Positions 14,412-28,974 of a DNA stretch of 64,000 bases are shown here, one piece after another; the stretch's first letter is position 1; the number at the start of each line of letters is the position of its first letter. The translations under genes and the position numbers were made by a program. The DNA is from Schizochytrium sp. TIO01 (lineage: Eukaryota > Protista > Bigyra: Labyrinthulomycetes), in assembly GCA_004764695.1 (NCBI GenBank), contig SMSO01000031.1, positions 2,952,436 to 3,016,435 on the forward strand, given 5' to 3'. The notes beneath the pieces are model-generated. The model searched no databases, had not been told where the DNA came from, and was given only the letters and a program-made list of their open reading frames with translations.

Positions 14412-17400
14412 ATGAATTCGTGAAAATAAATGGCATGCGTCGCCGAGATTATGAACCAAAGCACAGCAGCAGACATGTGCTGGAGGAGGCAGATTTTCCA
14501 GCCTACCAATTGTTGCGAGAACCATCGAATGAATGTTTGTTTGCAATCCTGCAGAGAGGGATAAATAAATAAAGAGCGAGGAGGCTGACGGCTCTCCATT
14601 CATTCAGCTCCGTGCTCTAGCTCGTGAAAAGCGAAGGGGCTTGTGCGTTTCCTCTCCGTGAGCTCGAGGAGCAGTGCGCTGTGGCGGACCAGAGACCTGG
14701 TGGTCTCTCCTCGCGGCCAAGTTGTGAGGTGGAAAGGACGCGCAACGCAAGCAGGCGCTGGACTGGAATACATACGCATGCCATTAATTAATTACCCATT
14801 CGTTTCGAGCGGAGGAGGTTCAACAACGGCGAGGGCTCAAGTTCTCAACTGTACTTTACGACGGCCAGGGAGCGGGGCTAGATAGTCCTTCTGTAAGCCA
14901 TCCTTCCACACAGTCGGATAGATAGTCCTGGCGGAGCAGCTGGCTCGCCGCGGTGCGATGAAACGAAGAGAGGGCGCTAAGCCAGGCTGTGGCCGACACA
15001 AACTGAGTGAGTGACCGCGGTTGCGCATTCGCAGGCTCAAGATCAGCTGTCTGCTGCACATGGAGTTCGCTCTTCGGATGGCTCACGAACTTGAGAACGG
15101 ATGTGAGCCATAGATCTGTGAGAGTGTGTGTACGTACGTGTGACTTTCACACAGAAGCGCTGGCAAGAAGGCCTCGGGTTTAGTTGTTGGTTTCGAGATC
15201 TTCATGGGTTAACGGATTGTGCTACTGGGGATGGAGCTATAGCTGGCCTGTTGAGAGGTGGTTGGTTAAAACTTGTCGTCTTGAGATTTTGATTTGACTT
15301 CATTGTTTTCGCAAACAAAAAACTAGAAAGAAGAAGAAGAATAAATAAACAAATAAATAAATAATATGATGGTATTTATAAAGTCAAGCGCTACGAAGGA
15401 CGAGGCGGTAATGTGCGAGGGACAAGGTTCATGGCCCTTGGGCTGCGAGAAACCTAAGAAAGACGAGCCTCGAGACTGTAGTGTAGCACGACCCCGAGGT
15501 GGGGCGGCGAATGCCTCGCTGTCCAAGAATTGTGGACTCACCCCCACTCGACTGCACTCCACTCAACTCCACCTGACTCCACGCGAGTGCTGTTCGTTCA
15601 GGTCGGCCGACGAATCATCAGCGCCACGAGGCCATCCATTCGCACTTTATCGCCCTATTCACCCTGCCTCCTCCGGGTAGCGACGTTCCTGCTTCGCAGT
15701 CTACGGTTTCGAGTAGGAGGTCCTAAGAACTTGAGTCCTGCGGTCCCTTAAAGACTGAGGCTCGAAAAGGCCGAGCCAAGGCACGAGATGAGGAAGGTCC
15801 CGTAAGATCGCTTACTCGTTATGCAGGCTCTCTTTAGTGTTTGCTTGTCGTGTGTTTGCTTATTTGCTTATTCGATTATTTGTTTGTTCATGCGCTGCGT
15901 CGGAGGGGCGCTTGGAATGGGCATCGCTCGATGCTGGAGCTGAGGAGAAGCCGCAAACTGGGAGACAGCCGCGACGATTTGGGCCAACACAGACGACATA
16001 CATACATACATACATCATACATACATGCATACCATATAGACAGACAGACAAAGTCCACGAAACGAAGTCTTTCCCTTCATTCATGCCATGCTCGCTCTTT
16101 TCCTTCGCTCAATGTTCCAATGGATTTGTTGTGATTTCCAAAATGAAAACAGAAGAAGCGGAAAAGAAAAGTGTTTATTAGGCAAAGAACAGAAAGAAAG
16201 ATCAAAAGAAAGAAAGGAAGAAAGAAGAAGGAAGTCTAATCTACTATGCGAGGAATTGTGCGGTCTGATTGAGCGCCTGGGAGACGACATTGAGGCTTCG
16301 CACTAAACAGACAGCGGTAGCACATGGGAGGGTTGGTCTTGGAAAGAGTTGGGTAATGGATGATCAGTGCGCCGCGCCACACATCCGTCAATCTATCCAT
16401 CTGGTGAGGTTCTTCTGTTAGAAACTCGAAGGTTGGCTGCTGAGCGTTTGGTCGAACGGGGCTCCGTGGAGAGGAGTTCCGATGAATGAACTGCCGCTGC
16501 TGCAGCCTTCTTCGCTGTTACCGCTGCGTCCAAGGAAGATTGGTGTGGGAAGGCATTCCAGAATGACAGAAATGAATGCGATTTGTTTGTTTGTTTGTTT
16601 GTTTGTTTGTTTGTTTAAATGTAAACTCGTGGGGAATGAGCGAGCGAGAGAGCACGCCCGTGAATGATCTGCTGACCTTCATGAGCATCACTCGGATAAC
16701 TTGGACTTTTGTTGTACGGCTGAAGTATGTGGCTGGTCGTTCGGAGACTCGGGTTTGATAAGCTAGACTTGAAGGGGCGACGTCAAAGGACCTTGAAAGG
16801 ATTCCACATCATGGAAATGAGCCCCTGTTGACATTTCAATGCTCTTTTGGGGCATGTCACATGCTTCGGGACAGAAATCGTAATGTTTAATTTACGTGAA
16901 GGATGCAAAAGAGCAAATGCGACTGGACTCGCGACGCGGAGTCTTGTGAGATATAATCACCGACTGCCTTTCTGATTTTATGTTGCCGTTCGCTTTCGAT
17001 CTACATTTCATGATGTCATTCGCTTTAATCACATTATTCTGCATTTTCATTTGATGTAACACTCACCTTCGTATCTCCAGGTTAGTTAGTATGGCGGTCC
17101 TTCCAATCGCTATTTTGCCTTTCTTTCGATTTTTTTCTTTCGTACTAAACAATTTAATATTGTTTTAAAAGATAAATCAACACTCAAGAGGGAGGGCAGA
17201 ACTTGCGCGTTTCGACTAGGCCTATGTGCCGGCAAAGACAAAAGCATAAAGCGTTCTTTTCGCAAAATTCCTACATTGTCGTGGAATCCTTTCAAAGTCT
17301 TACCACGAAATTTTCCTATCATGGGGTCGTAAGTTTTGGATTGTAATTCTTTCTTGTAACTTTATTTATTATTATTTAACTTTTGATTTATTTTTTAATA

Positions 17401-19166
17401 TGATTATTATAATTATAAGTAAACATCTCTTCCCATCATGTTCTTCATGCTATCCAAAAGCACTTGACGCATGTGAAGCTCGGGAATCAGGACAGACACA
17501 GCATTGAACGGAAAGCCTGCTGCTTGATGGCCCTTTGCTCGCTTCCGCCAGACAAAGTCAGGGAGCTGCCTCTCACTGAACGGGCGCTGTCCATTATCCC
17601 GAGACGGTGCCGGCGAGCCTGCTGGCTGGCCAAGGAAGGGAATAAATAGGCTTCTTCTTCGCCAGCAAACAAGATCTGCGACAAGTTCTGGGACCGTTGT
17701 GGCACTCGCGAAAGAACTAACCAAAGAAGACAGACCGCCCAGCTCGTGTCTATTTGTGTGTGTGACGCAGAAAGCAACGCACACACTCTCTGGGTCTGAA
17801 CCCGACGAAACTCAATAACGAGAAGTTTTCGAAAACCCGTGACCACGTACAATTATTAGTTCTGCTGCTACTTCAGGCGTGCAACGAGCAAGAATCTTTG
17901 ATTGACATCGTGGGTTTACTTGGATTTATAGTTTGTTCACGTTTCTGTTTGAATGGTATTTTAGTATTTTAAACATCAGGAAGTGGGATTGCTATGAGTA
18001 GGCAAATCCCACGGCCCTGAAGCAACTCGCACATGCATTGCGTGCTGACGCAATAAACACATGAATGGATAACGAAGTCTACAATTATGCAACCGCAGGG
18101 ATCGCACTTTATTCAAGTTAGGTCCGGCGAATTCGATCAAGTGGTTGGCTCGAAGCACCATCCTCAACCCGAGTGAAGCTTTCTTGAGCTCCATGACGAG
18201 TAAGCAGCCGAATCCCAGCAAGATGCCAGCCATCTCTTGGAAACCACTCCTCAAGAAAGATATTTCTGTGCCTCACATGCAAGTGAATCAATCAAACAAT
18301 CCATAAATGCATAAATAAATGAATGAATGAATGAACGAATGAATGAATGAATGAATGAATAAAGAAATAAAGAAATAAACCAATCAATCAACCAATCAAG
18401 CCCGTGCAGACTAGGCTTTCCATTGAAGCCACGTGCTCCATACTGTCTGCGAGCAGGACACTTCGTTCCCTTGACGACGGTTTTCCGGGCGCTGCGGAAG
18501 AGTCTGATTCTCCTTCAATCCTTAGCCCTCAGTAGTTCCAAAGGTGCGCTTTCTCGTCACGCCGCCGCGGCCTGCCTTAGATAGAAAGGGCTCGAGCGAG
18601 CGAAATACGAACCCAACGAACGAAATGAATATGAACGAACTGCGCGAGTTATCGCCGGACCAAATGTGTGTGACCCAGAGGGTCTGTGCTCTTTTGGTTT
18701 GATTTTTACAGTTTGAACTTCGGCAGTGTGAGATAGATGGTCGCGTGGCGGATGCCGACAAAGAAAGCGCGACGACGGGCGGATCCAACCGACCTTGAAC
18801 TCCCATTCCACTCACTCACTCAACAAGTGGAGCAGGATGAGGAAAAAATCAATCCGCTGCGATCTCTTGCTGGAGCAAGAAAGGACCGCCATCTTGCGAC
18901 AAAGATGGAGCGCTGGTTTCTTGCTCACTTTGGCCAAGGTTTCTCAAACTTGAATGAAAAGGAGAACGAATGAGTGCTTCGCTTTCTTCCCGCGTGTCGC
19001 TGCGCGGAACGAGTGAGGAGTTTTCCTCAGCTACGCATTATAGCGCCAGATGGGCAAATCTCATAGGCCCCTTAGACTCGACTCGACTCGACTCGATTCG
19101 ATTCAATCACGCCGAGGCGCTTGATGAAAGACGCGCTTGCGATTATCATCTCAGCAATCAATAAAG

Positions 19167-19309
19167 AACAAACAAACAAACAAACAAACAAACAAACAAA
19201 CAAACAAACAAACAAACAAACAAACAAACAAACAAACAAACAAACAAACAAACAAACAAACAAACAAACAAACAAACAAACAAACAAACAAACAAACAAA
19301 CAAACAAAC
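19167..19309. repeat. (AAAC)n microsatellite, ~35 copies
   Basis: Uninterrupted tract read directly; produces the spurious QTNK/FVCL ORFs. Confidence 0.97.
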
Positions 19310-21019
19310 GAAACCAAAAGATGAACAATAGCCTATTTTAGATAGAACAGAGCGAGAAACAGACTGACTCGAAGGGACCCTCAGACCGTCTCATGTCATG
19401 ACGCCTATTACGTCTCTAGCTAGTACGCACGTACGGGGATTCTGCGTAGCTTAGGAAATGTATTTCGGCCGGTTTTAAATAACAAAGCCAAGAAGACCCA
19501 AGAGAAGGAAAACCCGGAGATGGAGACGCTTTCGAGTGCTTTCTGCCTTTGAGCGATACTATCTATCTATACCTAGATAGGCACTTTTACTTCCTAATAT
19601 CTTTTTTTCTCTCTGGCCGAACAAAAAAGTTCTCTCGTTTCGCATCCGTTTCGTTCATTCATTCATTCATGAGACGGATGGAAAGAAAAAGAGCGAAGAA
19701 ATTTTGCCTCAAAACCACTCTGAGGTCGATGGACCTCTCTGTCAGTCTGTCAGTCTGTCAGTCTGTCTGTCCCAGGCCACGTCAGGATGAAACAAAGGAA
19801 TTGCAGAATATGAGGGTGCGAACTAACTCGAGAGCATCTCGGGACTGAAACCTTGCGAATCGGTCGCGCACTGTCACCGGACATGGTTTGGGCATCCCTC
19901 CGTTAGAGCACCTTCGAGTTGGCTCATCGATCACCTGAAGAAAACCATTTTAGGCACCTGGTCTTGTTTTTCTTTCTCAGGTGATCGATTTAGGTATTTC
20001 CAAATTGATAAATAAGAAGTAATGTAGCTTTCTTCTCTTTTAACCTCACCTACCTTTCTAAGCCCGATATGCTTGGCACCCGAAACGAAACATAGCGCCT
20101 AATTTATGCTATTTCTTTGAAAAGGAAAACACTTATTTATTTTTATATCAAAGCCATCCATGCTTTTCATTTTTAAAGTGAACTTAAATTTCATTTTGCA
20201 GTGCATTTTAAAAATAAACTCTAAAACTATAATAAAGTAGAATTTTCTTTTCAGGCAAAATAAAAAATAAATAATTAATAATTAATTAAATTAAATGTTT
20301 TTTTTTTTTTTTTTTAAGAATAAAAGTCTATATATAATTTTAGAAGTAAGAAAATAAAGTTTTAAAAGTTTTTTCAAAGTCTTTTTCGTAGATGTGTAGT
20401 AAGTAGTATCAGGTGACAAAGAAGTTCACTCTTAGAACGATAAATGGAAAGAAAACCAAGGGCCCCTACAGTCAAACAGGCTGTGGGCTCGTTCCTGTAT
20501 TTTCGGCCCGCCTCCCTCCTGTGTCCGTTATGCCACACGCCCCTTAACGATCACGAGGAATGTATAGGGACCTTGGTACTCTGTCCCTTGCCCCCGTACC
20601 TACCCGTACATGACCGGTTCAGCTGCGCGCGAATCGCGGGGCCCCGCAGGCGGCGTAACGGCCCCAGCGGCGGCAATCCGCAGAGCTTGTGTTAAGCAGG
20701 GCCTTCGGTCCTCCTGTCCAGCCTCCGTGTTTCTGCCCTTGTTCCTGCTCGCCTTTGCGACGCCACCGCTGTCGGAGATGCGCACACAAGTTGGCCATAA
20801 GTGACCGCAGGGCCCCACAGCTCCTAAGAACTACCGGGGGTAGTGAGCGATAGCTACCTACTAGACTTGAGATGGAATGAGCTGCAGCGAGATAGTTAAG
20901 ACATGGATGTGAGGGAGTAGGGCATGATAGGAAGGCCGTAGGGTCTTGCCTGGCCCTCCGTGCGCTGGCTAGCTCGCCGCCGGGAGGCTCGGAAAGTGTC
21001 TCCACAGACGGCCTGTGAT

Positions 21020-21070
21020 TGAGTGAGTGAGTGAGTGAGTGAGTGAGTGAGTGAGTGAGTGAGTGAGTGA
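21020..21070. repeat. (GAGT)n microsatellite
   Basis: Direct reading. Confidence 0.95.
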
Positions 21071-22062
21071 GAGGGTGAGGGGGAAGCGAACTTGAGTGCG
21101 CGTGAAGGGAGAGAGGCACACCACAGCTCCCGCAGCTTCAAAGGCGAGATCGCCAACAGCCTCGAATTTCATGATTGGAGGATAAAGCGCTCGAGAAAGA
21201 TGCCTTGGCTGAATCTGGATTCACTCGTTCCGAAAAATGCGCCTCTGACTTTGCACATGTCACGTGTTTGAGGCGTCGTCGAGCTTTGCGGTGTTACGGC
21301 ATAGCAAATGTACGACCAGACTGCTTTCTTTTGAAATTGCAGTTGCGGCGTGTGTTTGTGAATTGGCTAAATTTCTATGCATTTAGACTAAATGATTGAT
21401 TGACTTACACTTCATCACCTGGCTGTAAGCTGCAGACGCCCGGGCGTTTTGCAGATCATAACAGAGGTCTTGAAAGCATCACATTGTTGGTGTGCGTGCA
21501 CGCCGCAATAATCGAGGGGTGGAATGCTCCAGTTTGGACGCCAGTCTGGCGAGTCTTGAGCTTTTCAATCAAACAAATACGATGCTTCGCGCAGCTGACA
21601 TTATGTGCTCAATTTAAAACAAAAATAAAACAAATAGTTGAAGTTATCACAAACTGTTAGGTTGGACGATTGATTGCAAACAAATGCCTCTTTCATGACC
21701 GCAAAAGATGATTCCAAGACCTACACAGAAGAGCTCGGAAACTCGCCTCCTCTTCGCTCTCTGTCCTCTCTCAGTCAGGCGGAAACGCGGGAGCACTCCC
21801 CAGGGCTTTCAGGTGTTCCTGGCGGTGCTCTTGCGCCTCTGCCCTCCGCTCAACAGTCGCGTTGTCTCCGCCAGGGAATGCAAAGCGGCCGCTCTGCTCG
21901 TCTCCTCAAAACGCGCTGCGCTGTCCAATTGTTAAGTAGTAGGTAGTAGACACTACTTTCTTATCAATCAATCCATCCATCAACGAATTCGCAAATTAGT
22001 AAAAGTAATTCATTCATTCAGAGAAAATAAAAAGTAAAAAGCCCCCTCTCTGCGTGTGTGCC

Positions 22063-22094
<32 letters not shown>

Positions 22095-22930
22095 AGCGGG
22101 AAAAGAGAACAAAGGAGGGAAAACTTCGAAGGCTTTTGTGTGGATGGAGGAGAGAGCCCTCATTGTATATCTGACGCCTCTCTCTCCGACTGATTGACAT
22201 CTAAGATTAATTGATATTGTTTTAAAATTCAAAAAATAAAATAAAAGATTGGACTAAAACAAATAAATATGAAAAGAGAGAACTGAAGATGGGTGAACTC
22301 GAAGATCCTATTTTGCTCGCTCGCGCGCTTGCTCACTTGCCTGCTTGCTTGCTGGAGCGGCGTCTTATCCACGACGGAGTGCACACACGCGCTCTCGTGC
22401 ACAAGGCCGCCGGTGTGCTGCAGGAGTCCGTGTATCCATCGAGGCAACCAGGTACGTACCTAGCCGGCTGGCCCTAGTTTGAACTAGACTACATTTGAAA
22501 ACCTCGAAAACCTCGAAAAGGGAAAAAGAACACAAAGAAAGGGCTGCGGAGAGAAGAAAAGAAGGAGGGTGGGTGGCGGTTCCTAGGCAGCGGTTACTCT
22601 AAACGCTAATTGTGCGAAAGGCCCACAGCCCAGACGGGACCAGCCAGACTGCCAGCCAGGCGGCGAGCGGCCAGACAGTCAGCGCGCTTTTGCGGCATCG
22701 CGCGTGCCCTCGTCTAGTAAGAAGAGAAGAAGAGGGAGCGCTCAGTTTCCGTCATTGACCGTGAGCTTTGCTTAGATCGGTTGGACTCTCGAGGCAAGAA
22801 GCCGCCTTCTTCCCGCGCGATGCGCGAAGCGACTCGCCTCGAGTCCTCAGTGAGCGAGCGACCCTCGCTCAGCTGGTTGCTTTGAGCGACCCTCCGGATG
22901 GTTGGTGGAACTTTCTTTCTTGCTTTCTTG

Positions 22931-22992
<62 letters not shown>

Positions 22993-23018
22993 GCATTCTC
23001 GCTCTCTCTCTCTCTCTC
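22931..23018. repeat. (CTTT)n followed by (CT)n compound microsatellite
   Basis: Direct reading. Confidence 0.9.
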
Positions 23019-24546
23019 TGGCCGAAGGATGGATGGATGGATGGATGGATAACTGACTAGCTCAAGTCGAGTCGAAGCTCGCGTGCCTGCTTTTCTGAAA
23101 ACTGCTCATCATCCTGAACACCCGTAGGCAGGTACCCTCGGAATCTCGGAAAGCCGCGGCCAACCTGAGCGAAACTCCGACCTCGGAAGAGTCCTTGCGC
23201 GGACGAAGGAACGACCGAAAGACTGACTGACTGACTGACTGACCGACTGACCGACTGACCGACTGACTGACTGCGAAAGCGAACCCGGGCAACTCAATTC
23301 AATTCAATTAATTCAAGCGCCAACGGGAACAAAGGGGCGAGCCTCGAGTCTGCTCTTCTTAGCTCTTGCTTGCTGGAGCTCTTGGTGGATTGATTGCGGT
23401 GCTCCAAACGAAGCTGCGTTGAAGCAAGAGGCACGAAGGGAGCAGGGCCAGGGAAGCCCGGGGGCTAGAGCAAGCAAGCAAGCTAGCTAGCTAACGGCGG
23501 CACGAACGAAAGCCTCGAGGTCTAGGCCGGCGCTCAGGCAGCCGAAGCGCGCGACGATGGCGGCGGCAGGCGCTGCCGCTGCGAGGGGTGTCGCCGTTAT
23601 GCGCCGGCACTTGGCCAGCTTGCTGCGATACCGCTGCGCACACACTCTGTTTGGGTCTTCAGTTCTTTTCTTTCTCTCACTCATTCATTCACTCACCGGT
23701 TCGTTCAGTCAGTCATTCAAAAAAATACTTAGATTAGTGTCAGATTGATTTATCTTGAAATTAACAATTAGTGTCTTTCTGTAAGAGTTCTGTTTTGTTG
23801 TTGTTGTTGTTTTAGTTGGAATTAACAACTCTTTCTTTATCTTGGGTTTCCATCTGTTTTCTTTTCATTGAGAATGGAGAATGGAGAATGGAAAATGAGA
23901 AATGAATAAAATGAGGGGCGACGTCGCAGTGCGAGGGAATGATTGATTGATGACGACTGATTGAGGAATGAGCTGTGAAAGAAGGAATAAATGCCAAGGC
24001 ACGACAGGAATCCTTCTGGGAAGGGCAGCGCTCCTCTCGGGCGGGCCTTCGAGCTTGCTTGCTTTCTTGAAGCATTGGCTCCACGCGGAGTTTGAAGTTT
24101 TCTTTATCTTTTTTTCGAGAGAAGAGAAGAGAATGGAAGGAATCAAGGGAGACGGAGATCTCTCGAACGAGACAGCATAAGCTACCAAAGATATCAGCCA
24201 CTGCGCAGGCTGTAGCTGTAGATAGATAGACTCTCAGTAGCTCGGGAAGACGGTGTCCAGCCTTCTGATTTGGAGGTATGTGCATGCATGCTAGATACTG
24301 CAGCTACTACCTGGCGGTATGGCATAATGGCATATTTGTGTACTGCACGTAAAAAGCGAAGTTTGCGCGAGTCGGGGTTTCACGCTCCGCAGGTTGTTTG
24401 GTGGTAGCTGCTCTTCTCTTGAGAAGACTGATAAGAGAGCGGCGCGGAGAAGGGACGCTTCTAAAGGCAGAGGTTTGGAGGAAGTTTGTTAATTTGCTGC
24501 TCAGTTCATTGATTGACTGCGCTTCCTTTCACTCGCATTTTGAGCG

Positions 24547-24619
24547 ATGAATGAATGAATGAATGAATGAATGAATGAATGAATGAATGAATGAATGAAT
24601 GAATGAATGAATGAATGAA
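24547..24619. repeat. (ATGA)n microsatellite, ~18 copies
   Basis: Direct reading. Confidence 0.95.
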
Positions 24620-27600
24620 AAAACTCCGGTTTCTTTCTTTTTGCCGTTCATTGAAACAACAGCCATTCGAATGATGCATCCATTGACGGGCCAACGGCAC
24701 GTGCGGCGTATTCAACAACCTCGCCAATAGTAGCTCAAACAGGGAGGGTAAATGCTCGGGATGACGACAACCGACTCATCGATGGATTCCTTTTCGTGGG
24801 TTGCTCTCTTTGTTGCAGTTTTTTGGGGGATTCGTGCGTTGCTGATGCGCAGAATGCATAGAATTTAAACATTGTTGACTGCCTGGTTCAAGCTATATAT
24901 GCTTAGTACTAGTAGCTTCCTTAGGCTGCACCCCTGCTACTTAAAAGAGGTGATCCATAGACTCAGTTGTGAGATGGATGATCGTAGTAGTGTGTAGTAC
25001 GCAAGAAAGGAAAAGAAGCGGTGCTGTAGCGTTAGGAATGTGAACGTGGATGAGGTGCACAGTCGGCGACAACTCTCTCTCTCTCTATCTATCTATCTAT
25101 CTCACTGTATATTATAACATAAAAATATAAATATATATTTGTATATTTATAATGTGCGGTCGTTGAGTGAATGGAATAGGATGCAGTACAATAGAACAGC
25201 TCTAGATAAGCGCGTTAATTTTAAAATTCAAAATTAACGAGATCTTAATTTTTTTAATTCTTGTGATGGATCCTCCATGCTTAGTGCTTCCTTCTAAACT
25301 CTGGCGGCAAAATGGACGTTCACATCGAATCGAAAGAGGTGCTTTGGGATACTTTGAGTTGCCTTGAATTGCTCTGTACGAACTGAATGGAATGGAATGG
25401 AATTGAAATAACTGACTGACTGACTGACTGACTTTCTTTCTTTCAATCCAGAACTCTTGAATTCCATCTCTGTCTTTGCAAAGGACCTTGGAAAGAACTT
25501 GAAGTGTGCATGCAATAAGAGTCGTTTGAAATGATATAAACCAGGTGTTTGGGAGTGCAAAGCGCTAAAGGAACGGCAACTGTGTGGTGTGAAGGAGGTC
25601 CATGGGAGGGGTGAACGGCACCCAGCTGTTGGGGCGCTGCGGGGACGAAAGGCGGCCAGCCAGTCGGCGGCCACAAGGGACTTGGAGTAGAACCAAAAGA
25701 ACATATGCAGACAGACAGACAGACAGACAGACAAAATGCTCGTTTACTTCGTTCAATGCTTCACAAGAACAAGAATTCTGTGACAAACGACTGAGCTTAT
25801 GGTTTCGTACACTCAATCAATTTGCATGTAGCCGCCTATCATCAGGTGATTGGTTATGCGTTCTTTTCAATAACATTCATTGCAGGCCGTTCTGTAATTT
25901 CGATAAAGTTGTAGTTTCACAGCAATCGAGCTTGCCTTGTCTTTCGATCCAATCGCAACTGGGTTGCTTACTATCTGTCCCGTTTCCAATCCATCGACCT
26001 GTAACCCGTGCGTGCGGCGAGCGAATACACCGTCAGCTTGAACTCGCATTGTGGAGGCCCACCAGTCTTGAACTAAACCTGAACTAAACCTGGGTGAACT
26101 TGGAAAGCCTTAGGTCCGAGTCCAGAGTCGCCTCGAGGCGTCTTTCTTTCGGTTATCAAAGCTGCCTCTAGAGCAAGGATGGACTAATTTAGTTTATTTA
26201 ATGTTTTCCGTGCCCACTGGATCAGGATCCGAGTCAGTCAGTTCGTTACATGGTTGTATGACCTCGATTGCGGCCTGAAAAGACGGCACTTTCACGAAGA
26301 GGACGATCCACGCAGAGGAGGTCAAAGAGCAGCAGAGTATGAGAGGTAAAAGAGCCTGGGAGGGTCTCATTAGAGCGCACACGTGAGTATTTGTTTAGGT
26401 TCTTTGAGTTTAAAAGCCCACGGAAAAGAAACGTGTTTAAAAATTTTAAGAACGCAATGCGTTCTTTCTTTCTTTCTTTCATATATGCTAAAGAGGAGAG
26501 CAGAGAGCAACTTTGGACTTGTGCGGACTTGTGCGGACGTGAAATTGGACGGTATATCGAGCCAAGGGCTGCCCTAGTAATAGCTAAGGAGCTCCAGGTT
26601 CTGCAAAGGGCGCACAGGCTTTGGGTGCAATTTGCTCTTATAAGCAGGCTTTTTGTTGCTGATCTTTTACTGCGATCAGGGAATGGATGTTGGCTATGAG
26701 GACGAAATGGAGGGAAGAGCGGCCTCTTCGAAAGCCAAAAGTGCATATGATATTTTACTCCTAGAATCTGCAGCAGAAAATCCTTTTAGAAACGATTTGA
26801 GTTGATTTTTATGTCAGATTGTGAGATAGTAGAAGGCATAATAGAAAAGGCCTCTAATGTAGAGGGAGATAGAGCTCATGAAAGAAAAACGCGCGAGGGC
26901 TTTTATTTATATTTTTATTTGATGTTTAAGTTTCAAACATAAAAAGCGGCTTTGGAAATCTTTGTAAAAATGTTTTTTCTTCAAGTTGAAAAAGATATTT
27001 ATTCATATTTATTCATATTTATTCATTTGGAGTTTGTTAGATACTCCATTGCCAAAAAGATGAAAAAGAAGCACGAATTAAAAACACCCCCAGCAACAAC
27101 TGATTCACTGTTGAAGTCCTTCCTTTACTGTAAAGGACCATACCTTTGAAAACAAATGAATAAGAGAAAGAAACAAAAAGAATCGCAGAAGAAACTCAAA
27201 TCAAACAAGTCCGGTCACTGAGCTGTCTGTCACACGTTGGAACGGAACGAATGCCCTCTTCGCCTACAACTTTACCACTCACTCTCAGCATTCAGAGGTA
27301 CTGAGTTTAAATCTTTCAACTCGGTCAAAGAACTAAAGCCAAAACAATTGATTAACCCTTCTGCTGTCAACCACTTGGAGAAGGATACCCCGGTACCTAA
27401 GCAGCCACAGAGGTTGCTAGTATTAGGCGATTGATTGTTTCTTCACCCAAGTTGAAAGATTTAACTCGGTACCTCTGACCAGCAACTGGTGCTTGTTTCT
27501 CCGCGCTTCGCAGACCTCGGACAGCCCCAACGCGAGGGAACCCGCAGCGGGCACCTAAAGACCAGCTAGCACCGCCGTAGCGCTTGCTACCTTCTCTCTC

Positions 27601-28940
27601 CTTCGATTTTACAAGAATGACATGGGCACCATGAACAGAGAGAGAGGTAGTACCTACGAAGGACCTATGGTCTTCTAAAGAGGTACCACGACCGGCAGCA
27701 GTGAGGAATCAATCGTTAGGGCCTTCTTCGTTCTTCCCCACTGCTGTTGGCGATGCCCGCGAGTTCTTCGTTTGAGAGAGAGAGACCCGGAGTCCCTATG
27801 ATTTATTTGTTTATTTGCCTGAGTTTGTTTGTTTGTTTATTTGTTTGTTGTCTGTTTGTTTGGCGGCTGCCGAACCGATGGGGCGTCGCTTCTTCGCTTG
27901 AGGACCTCATAAGGAGGTTTTGATTATGTTGATAAGCTCGATTTCAGAGAAGGAAGATCGCAAATGCAGTCTGTTGTTGATGTTGTTGCTGTGTAAAGGC
28001 GCCGTTTGGCCAATAATCGATTGGCCGATTGATGTGATCAGCGCTGCGAATTGACTTGCGATGGAGCGAGAAAGAGCGAAGGCTCTGGACATTGGATACG
28101 AAGCGTCCTGAATCGAGAGTTGGCGAGGGCCTGGAAGAAATGGCGACGGCGATGATGATGATGATGACGATAATGATGACGGGTCGGTGGGTTTATTAAA
28201 ATTGGTTGATTTCTATGGACGCAAGACGATTTCTCAGGAAACTTGAGGGGGCCGAAGAGAACTTAACTTGCAAATGAATGAATGAATACCTGGACCAAGA
28301 AACAACTTCAAGGAGACCTGGCCGGTCGAACTGGAGCAGTACGATATCACTTTTCAAAGGTAGTAAGTAAGCATCTAGCGTGGGAAATGCAATCAGCGAT
28401 GCGATGTACCTCCAGAGCTAGCTAGCTAGGCACCTGGCAGAACCCAGATACCTACTACGAATCAAATGTGGCTGATCGATTGCAAATTGGGGCAGAAGGT
28501 GCCTAGTCTAGTCTATCTTGGGATGTTGCGAAAAGATGGGCCCCAGCACAGGCCCCGGAACCTGCCTTCCAATGTGGCGGCCCGGCCATGCTGTCATAGT
28601 TCATGAATTCGCCCGCTTTTAGCGAGCTAACTAGCTAGTATCAAAAAGAACAGTCTGACCTTCATTTTTGTTGATCTGGAGATGACGCAAGCCTGGTCTG
28701 GGACCGTGCATTCACGTGGTTCCACTAGCGTTTATCCAAATAATGGCCCGCATAACTTTAAGTCATGGTTTGCACAAATGTTATTGCATTGTAAAGTATT
28801 GATGAAAAAGTGAAAGGGTTTCTATTTGCTCCAGATTCCAGACAGTACCAGAGCATCTGTTTGTCTTACAGGAACTCTAATGAGACTGCGGCAAGCGCTA
28901 ACCGATAAACGCAATGAGGCGTACTGCAGCAGATACAAGA

Positions 28941-28974
28941 CTAGCTAGCTAGCTAGCTAGCTAGCTAGCTAGCT
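28941..28974. repeat. (CTAG)n self-complementary microsatellite, ~8.5 copies
   Basis: Direct reading. Confidence 0.95.

Noticed and set aside
22289-22477. ATG-initiated short ORF with a cag|gtacgt donor-like site, a possible first exon
   Set aside because: No downstream exon identified; the donor-like word belongs to the common GTAC/CTAG motif patches
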